Part shown: in pieces, positions 9,207 through 19,594 of the stretch | Layout of the letters: every line of letters begins with the position of its first letter | Numbering within the stretch: the stretch's first letter is position 1 | Source of the DNA: Acidaminobacter sp. | GTDB lineage: Bacteria > Bacillota > Clostridia > Peptostreptococcales > Acidaminobacteraceae | Assembly: GCF_030247605.1 (NCBI RefSeq) | Contig: NZ_JAOTSB010000018.1 | Location: 2,463-66,462, forward strand | Direction of reading: 5' to 3' | DNA length: 64,000 bases | Made by a program: the position numbers and the translations under genes | Notes under the pieces: model-generated | Told to the model about the DNA's origin: nothing | Seen by the model: only the letters and a program-made list of their open reading frames with translations | Database searches by the model: none

Positions 9207-10679
9207 CTAAGCCAGCACTTCCACTATATCCCCAACCAGGGAGAAATTTTTAGACTTCGTGATCTTGACCATGGCAAAGGCCCCGACTAAGTCCAGGGGT
9301 CCCTCAAACGCCACCAGATGATTATGGCGGGTGCGGCCAATCAGCGTGCCTTCCCCATCCTTGCCCTGCTGCTCAACCAGAACCTCGTATGTCTCACCCA
9401 CGTGGACTTTGTTCTTCTCGATCACAATTTCGTTCATCCGCTTCAGCATCCGGTCAAACCGCGCGTGCTTCACGTCCTCCGGCACCTGGTCCTCACGCTC
9501 CGCAGCCGGCGTGCCCGTCCGGATGGAATACATAAACGTAAACGCCGAATCATAGCGGGCCTGCTCGATCAGTGACATGGTCTCTTCGTGGTCCTCCTCC
9601 GTCTCCCCGGGAAAACCGACAATAATGTCCGTCGTTACCGCAAGTCCAGGGATGCGCTTTCGCGCCCGCTCCAGAATGTCCAGATACTGCCCTTTGGTGT
9701 AGTGCCGGTTCATGGCCTTCAGCACCCGGTCGCTCCCAGACTGAACCGGCAGGTGCAGGTACTCGCAGATGTTTTCACAGCGAGCCATGACTTCGATCAG
9801 CTCGTCTGAAATGTCCTTAGGATGGCTGGTCATAAACCGGATCCGTTTTAGTCCTTCAATTTTGCTGACGCGCTCCAGGAGTGACGGGAAGTCTTTTACA
9901 GCCTCAAAGCCTTCTCCAGTGCTTTCTGCCGATGGTTCCAGCCCCCGCCCATAAGAATTGACATTTTGCCCGAGCAGCGTCACTTCTTTGGCGCCGTCCC
10001 GAACCAGTCCCTCGATTTCCCTGACTATGGACTCCGGCGTCCTGCTCCGTTCCCGACCCCGTGTATAAGGCACAATACAATAGGTGCAGAAGTTATTGCA
10101 GCCGTACATGATGTTGACATACGCCTTGATGCCCACTTTGCGCGTCACCGGAAGGCCTTCTATGACTTCGCCCTCCGAATCCCAAACATCCACCAGCAGA
10201 TGTGAGGACGTATAGGTCTGTGACAGCAGATGCGGGAACTGATGAAGATTGTGCGTCCCAAAAACCAGGGATACATGGGCATACTTAGCCTTGATTTCCT
10301 CAACCACGTGAGGCTGCTGCATCATGCAGCCGCAGACAACAATACGCAGATCCGGATTCTTTTTTTTAAGCGGTTTCAGCGCGCCAAGATTGCCATAGAC
10401 TCTGAGCTCAGCGTTTTCTCTGACACAGCAGGTGTTGAAAATTATGAGATCAGCATCTTCCTTCTTCAGTGCTTCCACATAACCCATTTCTCCGAGCATG
10501 CCCGTCAATTTTTCAGAGTCGTGCTCATTCATCTGACAGCCATAGGTCATGATCATGAACCGCCGCTTCCGGTCGTGGTCGACCTCGAACTGCGCATTCA
10601 GATTTCGTTGTATTTGAATATAATAGGACTGGTCTGCGTAAGCAGACGCAGAAAGTGGCGGCCTTTCAGTGCGTTTCAA
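9207..10679 (-). CDS. miaB: tRNA-i6A37 methylthiotransferase
   Basis: YGCQMNEHDSE UPF0004 domain, radical SAM CNNFCTYC, C-terminal TRAM domain. Confidence 0.93.
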   Translation of the reverse strand: MKRTERPPLSASAYADQSYYIQIQRNLNAQFEVDHDRKRRFMIMTYGCQMNEHDSEKLTGMLGEMGYVEALKKEDADLIIFNTCCVRENAELRVYGNLGALKPLKKKNPDLRIVVCGCMMQQPHVVEEIKAKYAHVSLVFGTHNLHQFPHLLSQTYTSSHLLVDVWDSEGEVIEGLPVTRKVGIKAYVNIMYGCNNFCTYCIVPYTRGRERSRTPESIVREIEGLVRDGAKEVTLLGQNVNSYGRGLEPSAESTGEGFEAVKDFPSLLERVSKIEGLKRIRFMTSHPKDISDELIEVMARCENICEYLHLPVQSGSDRVLKAMNRHYTKGQYLDILERARKRIPGLAVTTDIIVGFPGETEEDHEETMSLIEQARYDSAFTFMYSIRTGTPAAEREDQVPEDVKHARFDRMLKRMNEIVIEKNKVHVGETYEVLVEQQGKDGEGTLIGRTRHNHLVAFEGPLDLVGAFAMVKITKSKNFSLVGDIVEVLA

Positions 10680-10932
10680 TGTGTTTCCTCCTCATAAAAA
10701 CTTAAAATCAGCTATTTGAAGCGATAAAATTTCATCCCTTTATTATATCAGAAATTTTAGATGGCACCAACCTGAACGCTTTTCAAGTCAGAAGAAATAG
10801 TGAAAGATTTTATATGTAAACAATGTGTGAACACCATGACGCTTTTTCTCCTTTTAGGTGTATAATACTATTACTGAGTCATTCAAAACAGATGATGCAA
10901 AAAATCTTATTTAGGTGAGGGATCCCGTCCAT

Positions 10933-12357
10933 ATGCAATCGACTCTGAAGCAAAACACATTATGGGGTTATGGATTTGGAAATTTTGGCTATGGGGTAAT
11001 CTCCCAGGCCGTTTCTACTTTTTTGATGTTTTATGCCACAGCAGTTCTCGGCATGAACGGCGCCTGGGTTGGGATGATTGTGAGTATAGGCGTGATCTGG
11101 GATGCCGTTTCGGATCCAATCATGGGTTATTTATCTGATCAGACACGCTCAAAGCGCTTTGGCCGGAGACACCTTTACCTTTGGATTGGCGGTATTGGCA
11201 TTGCCCTCAGCAACGCGCTCTTATGGTACATCCAGCCGGAGATGAGCCTAACGGTCAAACTTATTTCCATGGCTACCTGGATCCTCGTACTTAAGACCTT
11301 TCTGACCATTTATATCACCCCTTACACTGCCCTTTCCGCCGAACTGACAGAAGGCTACGAGGAGCGCACGAAGATTCAAGCAGTGAAGACAGCCTTTTTT
11401 CTGATGGGAATCTTCTTCACAGCAGCACTTGGTTTGGTCCTCTTTTTCAAGCCCACCGCTGAATACCCGGTAGGACAGCTGAACCCGGCAGGCTACCAGG
11501 CTATGGGTACGGCAACCTCGATCCTCATGTTGATTTCCATGGCAGGTGTTATCCTGACAACAAAGCGCATGATCCCCTATTTGAATGGACGGATTCTCTC
11601 TGAAGGACAGGTTGGCATAAAGCACTTTGTAAAATCGATCCGACACGCTTTCACCAACAAAGACTACACTGCCGTTGTCATAGGCTATCTGTTCACCAAC
11701 CTCTCCAGTGCCTTAATCAATACCATAGGCCTCCATGTCTTCACCTACACCTTTTCACTCAACAGCTCAGGAATAGCTATGATTATAGGCGCCCAGATCC
11801 TGATCAGCATCTTGAGTCAGCCTGTATGGGCAATGCTGTCAGACAAAATGGAAAAACGTGAATTGATCAAGCTGGGTCTTCAGATTTCAATAGTTGGCTG
11901 CTTATATTTTATGCTTATGGTCATTTTCAGAAATTATTTTGACTTTCAATTTTATCACTTAATTCCATTTAGCTTATTGGCTGGTTTTGGCACCGGCGGT
12001 CTCTATACCCTGCCCCAGTCTATGATTGCTGACACGGTGGACGTCAACGCCCTGGAAGTGGGAATGCGTCAGGAAGGCGTCTTCTTTGGCTGCATGACCC
12101 TTTCCTATAAATTGTCGCAATCCGTAGCTGTTTTTCTGCTCGGTTTTGTACTCGAATTATCCGGATTCAATGCAGAGCTGGGCGCCCAGTCGCCGAATAC
12201 AGGCTTGGTGCTCGGGCTGGTGCTGGCCCTTGGCGGCATTCTCTTCTTTGTGTTCGCGTATTGGGCATTCAAACCCTATTCTCTTGATCGCGACAAAGTC
12301 AACGACGTGCATCGTGAGCTGCAGCGGCGCATAGCTGAAGGCAGAGTCAAACTTTAA
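10933..12357 (+). CDS. GPH/MFS family glycoside-pentoside-hexuronide:cation symporter-like transporter
   Basis: Twelve-TM-like hydrophobic profile and the DPIMGYLSDQTRSKRFGRR motif typical of MelB/GPH transporters. The ATG at 10933 is preferred over the GTG at 10915. Confidence 0.8.
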   Translation: MQSTLKQNTLWGYGFGNFGYGVISQAVSTFLMFYATAVLGMNGAWVGMIVSIGVIWDAVSDPIMGYLSDQTRSKRFGRRHLYLWIGGIGIALSNALLWYIQPEMSLTVKLISMATWILVLKTFLTIYITPYTALSAELTEGYEERTKIQAVKTAFFLMGIFFTAALGLVLFFKPTAEYPVGQLNPAGYQAMGTATSILMLISMAGVILTTKRMIPYLNGRILSEGQVGIKHFVKSIRHAFTNKDYTAVVIGYLFTNLSSALINTIGLHVFTYTFSLNSSGIAMIIGAQILISILSQPVWAMLSDKMEKRELIKLGLQISIVGCLYFMLMVIFRNYFDFQFYHLIPFSLLAGFGTGGLYTLPQSMIADTVDVNALEVGMRQEGVFFGCMTLSYKLSQSVAVFLLGFVLELSGFNAELGAQSPNTGLVLGLVLALGGILFFVFAYWAFKPYSLDRDKVNDVHRELQRRIAEGRVKL

Positions 12358-12374
12358 AGGTGAGAAAAAAACAG

Positions 12375-12416
12375 GAACCGGCGTCTTTTTCGCGCCGGTT
12401 CTGATTTGTTTTTTGC
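12375..12416 (+). terminator. Intrinsic terminator after the GPH transporter gene
   Basis: GAACCGGCG/CGCCGGTTC stem followed by a T-rich tract. Confidence 0.75.
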
Positions 12417-12420
12417 ATTA

Positions 12421-12492
12421 AAATAGACAGATGGTCATCAATGTGATTTCCATCTGTCTATTTTTGAGGGGCTGCGTTGCAGCAACCCCTTC
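12421..12492. terminator. Two hairpins between convergent genes (rpsA terminator region)
   Basis: ATAGACAGATGG/CCATCTGTCTAT 12-bp stem flanked by A/T runs, plus a GGGGCTGC...GCAGC..CCCC hairpin next to the rpsA stop. Confidence 0.6.
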
Positions 12493-12516
12493 ATTATAAT
12501 CTCCAAACTCGCTTAA

Positions 12517-13683
12517 TTACTCTTCCTCAGAAGCCTCAACATCATCAGAGAACGCGCCGTCAACAGTTGCTTCGATAGTCTCGACAACTTCTGCTTCTTC
12601 CGCTTCCTCAGCCGCTTCTTCTTCAGCTTCCTTCATGGAAAGCTTGATTCTGCGGTTTTCGAGATCCACATCCAGGAGCTTGACGAGACGCTTCTCGCCG
12701 ACTTTAAGCTCGTCAGAAGGCTTCTCTACACGCTTGCGCGCGATTTGAGAAACGTGGACAAGGCCTTCAACACCCGGCTCGAGCTCGACGAATGCACCAA
12801 AGTCAGTCAGATTGACGACTTTGGACTCGAAGATGCCGCCGATTGTGTAGTGATCCATGAACGTCGTCCAAGGGTCGCCTTTGAGCTGCTTAATGCTGAG
12901 GGAAATCTTCTCAGTTTCTTTATCGATAGAAATAACTTTGACTTCTACGACATCACCAATTTTGACAACTTCCTGCGGCTTGTTGATGCGGCCCCAAGTG
13001 AGTTCTGAAATGTGTGCCATGCCGTCGATGCCGCCGAGGTCGATAAAGACGCCAAAGCTTGTGATGCGCTTGACTTCGCCTTGAACGACAGCGCCTTCAA
13101 AGACTTTTTCCCAAACCGCTTCCTTCTTCGCAGCGTTCTCTTTTTGAAGAACAGTCTTGCGTGAGAAGACAGCGCGGCGCTTTTCGCGGTTGAACTCGAT
13201 GATTTTGACCATCATTGTCTTGCCAACGTATTCCTTGAGATCGTTGACATAACGGGTAGAAATCTGGGATGCAGGGATAAAGCCGCGCGCTTCCTGATAG
13301 TAAGCGACGACGCCGCCTTTGACGGTTTCAGTGACTTTGACTTCAATCTCCTGCTCAGCAGCATAAGCTTCCTCGAGAAGACCCCAGTCTGCGTACATGC
13401 TGACGCGCTTGAGGGACAAGAGGACGTTGCCGTCGCCATTGTCATTTTTGATGACATAAACTTCGATTTCCTGATTCTCTTCGAAAACGCTGAGATCAGC
13501 TGGTGTTGCTGCGCTTGAGATCTCTTCGAGAGGAATGACGCCATCCGCTTTATATCCAATGTTGACGATGATCTCGTCACTTTTGACCTGGACAACTTTG
13601 CCTTTTACGATCGATCCGCTGCGCGGAGCGCGTAAAGACTCGTCAATCTGATCCATGAATTGTTCCATTGAGTTGTTTTCCAT
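12517..13683 (-). CDS. rpsA: 30S ribosomal protein S1 (four S1 domains)
   Basis: Repeated G.VV.G.V....GVFIDLGG-type S1 motifs and an acidic C-terminal tail. Confidence 0.9.
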   Translation of the reverse strand: MENNSMEQFMDQIDESLRAPRSGSIVKGKVVQVKSDEIIVNIGYKADGVIPLEEISSAATPADLSVFEENQEIEVYVIKNDNGDGNVLLSLKRVSMYADWGLLEEAYAAEQEIEVKVTETVKGGVVAYYQEARGFIPASQISTRYVNDLKEYVGKTMMVKIIEFNREKRRAVFSRKTVLQKENAAKKEAVWEKVFEGAVVQGEVKRITSFGVFIDLGGIDGMAHISELTWGRINKPQEVVKIGDVVEVKVISIDKETEKISLSIKQLKGDPWTTFMDHYTIGGIFESKVVNLTDFGAFVELEPGVEGLVHVSQIARKRVEKPSDELKVGEKRLVKLLDVDLENRRIKLSMKEAEEEAAEEAEEAEVVETIEATVDGAFSDDVEASEEE

Positions 13684-13699
13684 GTAGGTTACCTCGCCT

Positions 13700-14572
13700 T
13701 CAACTATTTGAAATTTTTTTTAACTGATTCAAGATGTCATCCATCACCCAATCCGGTGTGGATGCTCCAGCCGTTATTCCTATATTATCACAGTTCAACA
13801 AATTTATCATCTGTAAATCTGCCGCAGATTCAATAAAATAGGTATTTTCACAATTTTTTTTACAAATTTCGTAGAGTTTCTTTGTATTTGACGAATGGGG
13901 ACCCCCTACCACCAGCATGCAGTCGACTTCGGAAGAAAGGGTCTCTGCGCTCGCCTGTCGTTCGGAGGTGGCTTTGCAGATCGTGTTGTGTGCGACAAGA
14001 TGCATGGCGCGCTCAGATAGGTGTGCGTAAACCGAGTCCCACAGAGACAGGCGTATGGTTGTCTGTGCCACCAGCATGAGGGGGTGGGAGAAGTGACCAT
14101 CGGCAGATATGTTCTGGCTCTCCCAAGCCACAAGCGCCTCCAGAGAATCCACCACAAACACCGGACCATGACACCAGCCGGCAATGCCGACAACCTCCGG
14201 ATGCGTGGCAGTGCCTACAATCATTACTGCTGAACCATCCTGACTGAAGCCGTCCACGAGTCTGTGGATTTTTTTTACGAAAGGACACGTGCCATCCACC
14301 AATGGAATTCCAAGGGAAGCCGCCTCATCGTGAAAGGACTTGGGGACACCGTGGGAACGGATGACCACGGTTTTGCCGGTACCCTGAACCTCCTTCAGAT
14401 CCTCAATGACGCTGACGCCTTCTTGTTCCAGCTTTCGAACCACATCCCGGTTGTGAATCAGCTCGCCATAGGTGACCGCGCCTGCAGGAGCCTTCCTGGC
14501 ATCCAAAGTCAGCTCCAGTGCACGCTTGACGCCAAAGCAAAATCCGGAGGCAGAGGCTATTCTGATATTCAT
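13700..14572 (-). CDS. ispH: 4-hydroxy-3-methylbut-2-enyl diphosphate reductase
   Basis: MNIRIASASGFCFGVKRA start and conserved cysteines. The ATG at 14572 is preferred over the longer ORF start at 14617. Confidence 0.92.
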   Translation of the reverse strand: MNIRIASASGFCFGVKRALELTLDARKAPAGAVTYGELIHNRDVVRKLEQEGVSVIEDLKEVQGTGKTVVIRSHGVPKSFHDEAASLGIPLVDGTCPFVKKIHRLVDGFSQDGSAVMIVGTATHPEVVGIAGWCHGPVFVVDSLEALVAWESQNISADGHFSHPLMLVAQTTIRLSLWDSVYAHLSERAMHLVAHNTICKATSERQASAETLSSEVDCMLVVGGPHSSNTKKLYEICKKNCENTYFIESAADLQMINLLNCDNIGITAGASTPDWVMDDILNQLKKISNS

Positions 14573-14576
14573 GGAC

Positions 14577-15167
14577 CTATGCCCTCCCCTTGTAAAGCTC
14601 AATGTGAGCATAGACATTTTTTAGAATCTCAAACACCGCATTTTCATAATCCGGACCGGTGGGTTTGCCCTCAAACTGAAGGGTTACCAAGGGATGGATA
14701 ATGATCCGCACTTTTGAGAAAAATTTATAGGTTGAATCTATGGTCACCGGCTGAATGGGTACCCCAGCCTTGTGTGCAATCATGCCCACACCCGCTTTGG
14801 GCGGCAGCGGGGTCAGACCCGGATTACGCGTTCCTTCCGCAAAAATCAGCACGCTTTCCCCACCTTTGAGAAACCGCAGCGCCGCCTTGACCGCGCCAAT
14901 ATCGTTGCCGGTCCGGTCCACGGGGAACCCGCCGCAGCCCCTGAAGAACCAATCGAAAAGCCGGTTGCTGAACAGCTCTTTTTTAGCCATGAAGCGGATG
15001 TAGTCCGGGATAAAGGTGCCAAACACCAGCGGATCTTTGTAATCGATATGATTGGGACAGACGACTTTGGGCTGAGCGGGGTCCCAGTTTTCGCGTCCAA
15101 CGACCTCTACCCGGTAGATCACCCGGTAAAGCACATTGAAAATGAATTTGATAAATACCTTCAGCAC
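14577..15167 (-). CDS. plsC: 1-acyl-sn-glycerol-3-phosphate acyltransferase
   Basis: NHIDYKDP (NHxxxxD) and FAEGTR acyltransferase motifs. Confidence 0.9.
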   Translation of the reverse strand: MLKVFIKFIFNVLYRVIYRVEVVGRENWDPAQPKVVCPNHIDYKDPLVFGTFIPDYIRFMAKKELFSNRLFDWFFRGCGGFPVDRTGNDIGAVKAALRFLKGGESVLIFAEGTRNPGLTPLPPKAGVGMIAHKAGVPIQPVTIDSTYKFFSKVRIIIHPLVTLQFEGKPTGPDYENAVFEILKNVYAHIELYKGRA

Positions 15168-15916
15168 GGAGGCGCCTCCCCTCTTCGCAACTTTTCTACA
15201 GCGTCGCAGATAGCTGCCACGACCTGGTCAATACTCTTTCCCGTGGTATCAATGCGAAACGCGTCCTCCGCCATGACCAGCGGAGAATCCTCGCGGCTGC
15301 TGTCCACCTGATCCCGGTGGGCAATGTCTTTAAGGATCGTGTCGAAGTCTGCGGAAAAGCCCCGGGCTTCAAACTCCAGGAACCGCCTGCGTGCCCGCTC
15401 TTCAAGGGAGGCTGTCAGGAAGAATTTGTAGCGCGTTTCAGGGAGCACCACGGTGCCAATATCGCGGCCGTCCATGACGACGCTTCGGCCCTCTGCCTGG
15501 GCGCGCTGCATTTTGACCAGGTGCCTGCGCACTGCCGACATGGCAGCTACCTGAGAGACCCGGCGGGTGACTTCCTGAGTCCGGATGGCCTCTGAGACGT
15601 CCCTTCCGTCCAGAATGACCTGTTCAGTGTAGAGCTCCAGGCCGGTGGTATCCAGAAGGTGATCAATTTCGAGGTCGAGTTCAGGGGTCAGTTCGGGGGT
15701 GCTTTGGAGTGTGTTTTCGCGACCATCGGCAAATCCATCCAGCTTATGAAAGAGGCCGGTTTCAATGAACTTCAGGGCAATGGCCCGGTACATGGCGCCG
15801 GTGTCTATATAGTCACAGCCCAGCGCTTTGGCCACCCTGCGGGCAACAGTGCTCTTGCCCGAGCCGGCGGGCCCGTCCAGCGCAATCTGGATTTTACTAG
15901 TCGAATCTGATTCCAT
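15161..15916 (-). CDS. cmk: Cytidylate kinase, carrying a roughly 25-residue internal insertion
   Basis: IALDGPAGSGKST P-loop, then DTGAMYR and MDGRDIGT. 251 aa, against about 225 aa typical. Confidence 0.92.
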   Translation of the reverse strand: MESDSTSKIQIALDGPAGSGKSTVARRVAKALGCDYIDTGAMYRAIALKFIETGLFHKLDGFADGRENTLQSTPELTPELDLEIDHLLDTTGLELYTEQVILDGRDVSEAIRTQEVTRRVSQVAAMSAVRRHLVKMQRAQAEGRSVVMDGRDIGTVVLPETRYKFFLTASLEERARRRFLEFEARGFSADFDTILKDIAHRDQVDSSREDSPLVMAEDAFRIDTTGKSIDQVVAAICDAVEKLRRGEAPPC

Positions 15917-16119
15917 ATGGCAAAACTCCTTCGTTGAAAATGCTTATCATCTCATTATAATACAATATAAAAAGCGTCGCAAGGCCGGCGGTCCATAGTT
16001 TGCAAGGGACCCATCAGCGCGTGTCTGAATTAAACCACCTATACTGACTAAAGCGCGTAAATTGCCTAAACCGCCAGGGGAACCGAAAAATTTTCACAAA
16101 AAGCTTCTTGAACCAACAC

Positions 16120-16151
16120 AAAAAGGAGGCCGCGTCTTTGGCTGGCCTCCC
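16120..16151 (-). terminator. Intrinsic terminator after the RpiR-family gene
   Basis: GGAGGCC...GGCCTCC hairpin followed by a U-run on the minus strand. Confidence 0.65.
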
Positions 16152-16203
16152 CCCTGCATTTCATGGATGACATGCGCACCGGCCTGAACAGGCGGTCACA
16201 GAA

Positions 16204-17070
16204 TCACTTAGGGTTGTAGATCTTATATTCGTTCCAGATATTCTCGAGCTTCTCGAAGTTTTCTTCCACACGTTCCATTTCCTTGATCGAAACCATCTGG
16301 ATCAGCGCGTTGATGAGGCTCATAGGCGCGACCAGGGAGTCGATAAAGGTATTCATGCCGTAGCGGGCGAAGAGTGAGTGCTTGACCATAGGCACAAGGG
16401 GCGCCATAGGGCTGTCTGTGATGCCTATTATAGTCGCCCCCTGAGTCGTCGCAAACTCAACGATCTCAAAGGTCCGCTTCGCGTAGCGCGGGAAGGAAAT
16501 GGTGATGAGCAGGTCGTCTTTGGTGATATTGACGAGGTGGTCAAAGACATCCAGCGCGCCGGCAGTGACCACGACCACATCCTTCAGGATGAAGTTGAGG
16601 TAAAAGCCGAGGTAATTGGCCAGAACGGAGGAACTGCGCATGCCCAGGATATAGACGCGCCGGGCGTTGTGAATCTCCTCGACGATCTGGGGCATGGTCT
16701 CTTCATCCACGCCGTCCAGCGTGCGCCGGATGTTGTCCATGTCCGCGTTCATGACCTTTTTCGTATAACTGGATTCCTTCTCCAAATCCTTGGAAAGCTC
16801 AAAGCGCTGAACTGTGGTCAGCTTGGTCTTGATGGATTCCTGAAGACCCTTCTGCAGCTTGGGATACCCGTCATAGCCCAGGGCGTTGGCAAAGCGTACG
16901 ACCGTGGATTCGCTCACGCCCGTAGAATCACCCAGGGTGGAAGCTGTCATAAACGCCACTTTGTCGTAGTTCTGGAGGATAAAGTCAGCAATCCGCTTTT
17001 GACCTTTACTCAGTTTAATATAATTTTTCTCTATGCGATTGAGTAAATCATTATGATCGGCCATGGCCAA
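16204..17070 (-). CDS. MurR/RpiR family transcriptional regulator (HTH_6 + SIS)
   Basis: N-terminal LSKGQKRIADFIL...STVVRFANALGYDGY HTH and a C-terminal SIS domain. Confidence 0.9.
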   Translation of the reverse strand: MAMADHNDLLNRIEKNYIKLSKGQKRIADFILQNYDKVAFMTASTLGDSTGVSESTVVRFANALGYDGYPKLQKGLQESIKTKLTTVQRFELSKDLEKESSYTKKVMNADMDNIRRTLDGVDEETMPQIVEEIHNARRVYILGMRSSSVLANYLGFYLNFILKDVVVVTAGALDVFDHLVNITKDDLLITISFPRYAKRTFEIVEFATTQGATIIGITDSPMAPLVPMVKHSLFARYGMNTFIDSLVAPMSLINALIQMVSIKEMERVEENFEKLENIWNEYKIYNPK

Positions 17071-17090
17071 GACCGCCCTTCCTGGGATAA

Positions 17091-17627
17091 TTAATTGTTG
17101 ACCAATGCATAGCCTTCAATGAGGGCTGAGCGGTTGAGGTCAATGGTGCCCTTTGGAACGCGGGCGAGGACTGCGCCTTCAACTTGCTCTCTGGTCAGAA
17201 CGTCAATCAGTTCAGTGAGTACGCCGATGGCGACAATATTAGCAACAATGCCTTTGCCGAGCTTGTCTGTCGCCGTGCTGATGATTGGAAGGCTGTAAAT
17301 CTTGCCAGCCTTCAGATCCGCAGGAAGCGTGATGGAGTCGTCAACGACGACAATACCATTTGGATTGATGCCTTTGATATACTTGTCGCAAGCGTCTTGT
17401 GTAAGGGCCAGGAACAAGTTGAGATCCTGAACCTTAGGGAAGTCGATCTCAGCGTCGCTGATGATGACTTCAGCCTTGGAAGCGCCGCCGCGGGCTTCAG
17501 GGCCGTAGCTTTGTGTCTGAATGGCATTGAGGCCGGAGTTGATGGCCGCCTCCGCCAGAATGATTCCTGCCAGGATCAGGCCTTGTCCGCCGGATCCGGA
17601 GAGTCTGAGTTCAAATTGGTTTCCCAT
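17091..17627 (-). CDS. korC: 2-oxoacid:ferredoxin oxidoreductase gamma subunit
   Basis: ELRLSGSGGQGLILAGIILAEAA signature. Confidence 0.88.
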   Translation of the reverse strand: MGNQFELRLSGSGGQGLILAGIILAEAAINSGLNAIQTQSYGPEARGGASKAEVIISDAEIDFPKVQDLNLFLALTQDACDKYIKGINPNGIVVVDDSITLPADLKAGKIYSLPIISTATDKLGKGIVANIVAIGVLTELIDVLTREQVEGAVLARVPKGTIDLNRSALIEGYALVNN

Positions 17628-17632
17628 GACAA

Positions 17633-18457
17633 TTACTCCTTCCTCAAGCGGTCTACGATTTTTTGGTACTCAGCCGAGTATTCAGGCAGCTGCGTGTTGT
17701 GCTTGAACTCGCCCATCAGGAACTTGCCCTGGAGCTGTTCCGGCGTCATACGCTCAGCGGCTTTGACGTCGACGAAGGACTCTTTGAGGAAGTTCATCAT
17801 AGCGACAGCAGAGCCTTTTTTGTTCTTACGGCCGTAGTAAGTCGGGCAGACGGAAATCGCTTCAACGAGGGAGAACCCTTCGTGTGCAATCGCTTTCTGG
17901 ATGTAGTTCGTCATTTGAGTCGCGTGGAACGCTGTAGTTCTGGCAGCGTAAGTTGCGCCGGCAGCAGCAGCGAGGTTCGCGATGTCAAACGGACGGTCGA
18001 TGTTGCCGTAAGGCGCGGTGGTGCCAAAATCGCCATGCGGCGTCGTTGGTGAGTACTGACCGCCGGTCATGCCGTAGATGTTGTTGTTAAAGACGATCGT
18101 CGTGATGCCGATGTTTCTTCTGGCAGCATGGATCAAGTGGTTGCCGCCTATAGCAGACGCGTCGCCGTCACCGGAGATGACGATGACTTTCATGTCAGGC
18201 TTCGCAAGCTTGATGCCTGTAGCAAACGCGAGCGCACGGCCATGGGTCGTGTGAAGCGTGTTGAAGTCCATGTAGCCAGGGGCTCTGGAAGAGCAGCCAA
18301 TACCCGATACAATTGTGACCTTGTCTTTGTCAAGACCGAGGTTTTCAATGGCGCGGATGATGGAGTGCATGATGATGCCGTGGCCGCAACCCGGGCACCA
18401 GATATGCGGAAGGCGCGAGTCGCGCATATACTTGCTGACAAGTTCGCTGTTCTTCAC
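17633..18457 (-). CDS. korB: 2-oxoacid:ferredoxin oxidoreductase beta subunit (TPP-binding)
   Basis: WCPGCGHG and GDGD..AIGGNH TPP motifs. Confidence 0.9.
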   Translation of the reverse strand: MKNSELVSKYMRDSRLPHIWCPGCGHGIIMHSIIRAIENLGLDKDKVTIVSGIGCSSRAPGYMDFNTLHTTHGRALAFATGIKLAKPDMKVIVISGDGDASAIGGNHLIHAARRNIGITTIVFNNNIYGMTGGQYSPTTPHGDFGTTAPYGNIDRPFDIANLAAAAGATYAARTTAFHATQMTNYIQKAIAHEGFSLVEAISVCPTYYGRKNKKGSAVAMMNFLKESFVDVKAAERMTPEQLQGKFLMGEFKHNTQLPEYSAEYQKIVDRLRKE

Positions 18458-19594
18458 TTATAAAACCTCCTTGACTTTTTTCACGATATCTGAAGGTACA
18501 AAGACATCGCCATCAGCACGTCCGAGGAAGTGAAGCTCAGCTTCCGATTTGACGACGCGCTCGACTTCCAGCATCAGCTGGCCAAGGTTGTGCTCAACGA
18601 CGAGAACTTTATTGACTTGCTTGGCGCGGGCGAGGGTCGCCTCTACCGGATACGGCCAGATGGTGATAGGTCGCAGCATGCCGACTTTGATGCCTTCAGC
18701 GCGAAGCTTGTTGATGGCATTTTTTGCAGTTCTCGCTGTAGAACCGTAAGCCACGATCATGATTTCAGCGTCATCCATGAGGTACTCGTCATAAGAGATC
18801 AGGTCCTCGAGGTTGTCCGTGATTTTAGCCATGAGGCGGTTGATTTTAACGCCAGCCTTGACGGTGCTGTTCGTTGGGAAGCCCATGTCGTCGTGGAAGA
18901 GGCCGGTGATGTGGTAACGGTAGCCTTCACCGAAGCCAGCCATACGAGGCACGAGGTCGCCTTCGCGAACGCCGTAAGGAATGTAATCTTCACCTTCAAC
19001 CGGCTTTAAGCGGTCAAAGATCTCAAGCTCGTCCGCGTTCGGGATCTCAATGCGCTCGCGCATGTGACCGACGACTTCGTCCGGCATGAGGATGACAGGT
19101 GTTCTATATTTTTCAGCAAGATTAAAGGCGCGAACTGTTTCGTAGTACATTTCAGTGACGGACTGCGGTGAAATGGCGATGACCGGATGGTCGCCGTGAG
19201 TACCCCACATAGCCTGCATGACGTCGCCCTGACCAGGTGACGTAGGAAGACCTGTAGACGGGCCGCCGCGCATGACGTTGACGATGACGAGCGGAATCTC
19301 AGCAAGCGCCGCGTAGCCAATGTTTTCCTGCTTCAGTGAGAAACCGGGACCACTTGTAGCCGTCATGGATTTGAAGCCGGCGATGCTTCCGCCGATCGCT
19401 GCAGCAATACCTGCAATCTCATCTTCCATTTGGATGAATTTACCGCCGACTTCAGGGAGCTTTTCCGCTGAGCCCTCAGCAATTTCTGTGGACGGTGTGA
19501 TTGGATAGCCGGCGAAGAACTTCATGCCGGCAGCGAGTGCGCCAGCGACGCAAGCTTCATTGCCCTGCATGAGTTTGACGATGCGTTTACTCAT
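18458..19594 (-). CDS. korA: 2-oxoacid:ferredoxin oxidoreductase alpha subunit
   Basis: MQGNEACVAGALAAG..FFAGYPITPSTEI N-terminus. Confidence 0.9.
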   Translation of the reverse strand: MSKRIVKLMQGNEACVAGALAAGMKFFAGYPITPSTEIAEGSAEKLPEVGGKFIQMEDEIAGIAAAIGGSIAGFKSMTATSGPGFSLKQENIGYAALAEIPLVIVNVMRGGPSTGLPTSPGQGDVMQAMWGTHGDHPVIAISPQSVTEMYYETVRAFNLAEKYRTPVILMPDEVVGHMRERIEIPNADELEIFDRLKPVEGEDYIPYGVREGDLVPRMAGFGEGYRYHITGLFHDDMGFPTNSTVKAGVKINRLMAKITDNLEDLISYDEYLMDDAEIMIVAYGSTARTAKNAINKLRAEGIKVGMLRPITIWPYPVEATLARAKQVNKVLVVEHNLGQLMLEVERVVKSEAELHFLGRADGDVFVPSDIVKKVKEVL

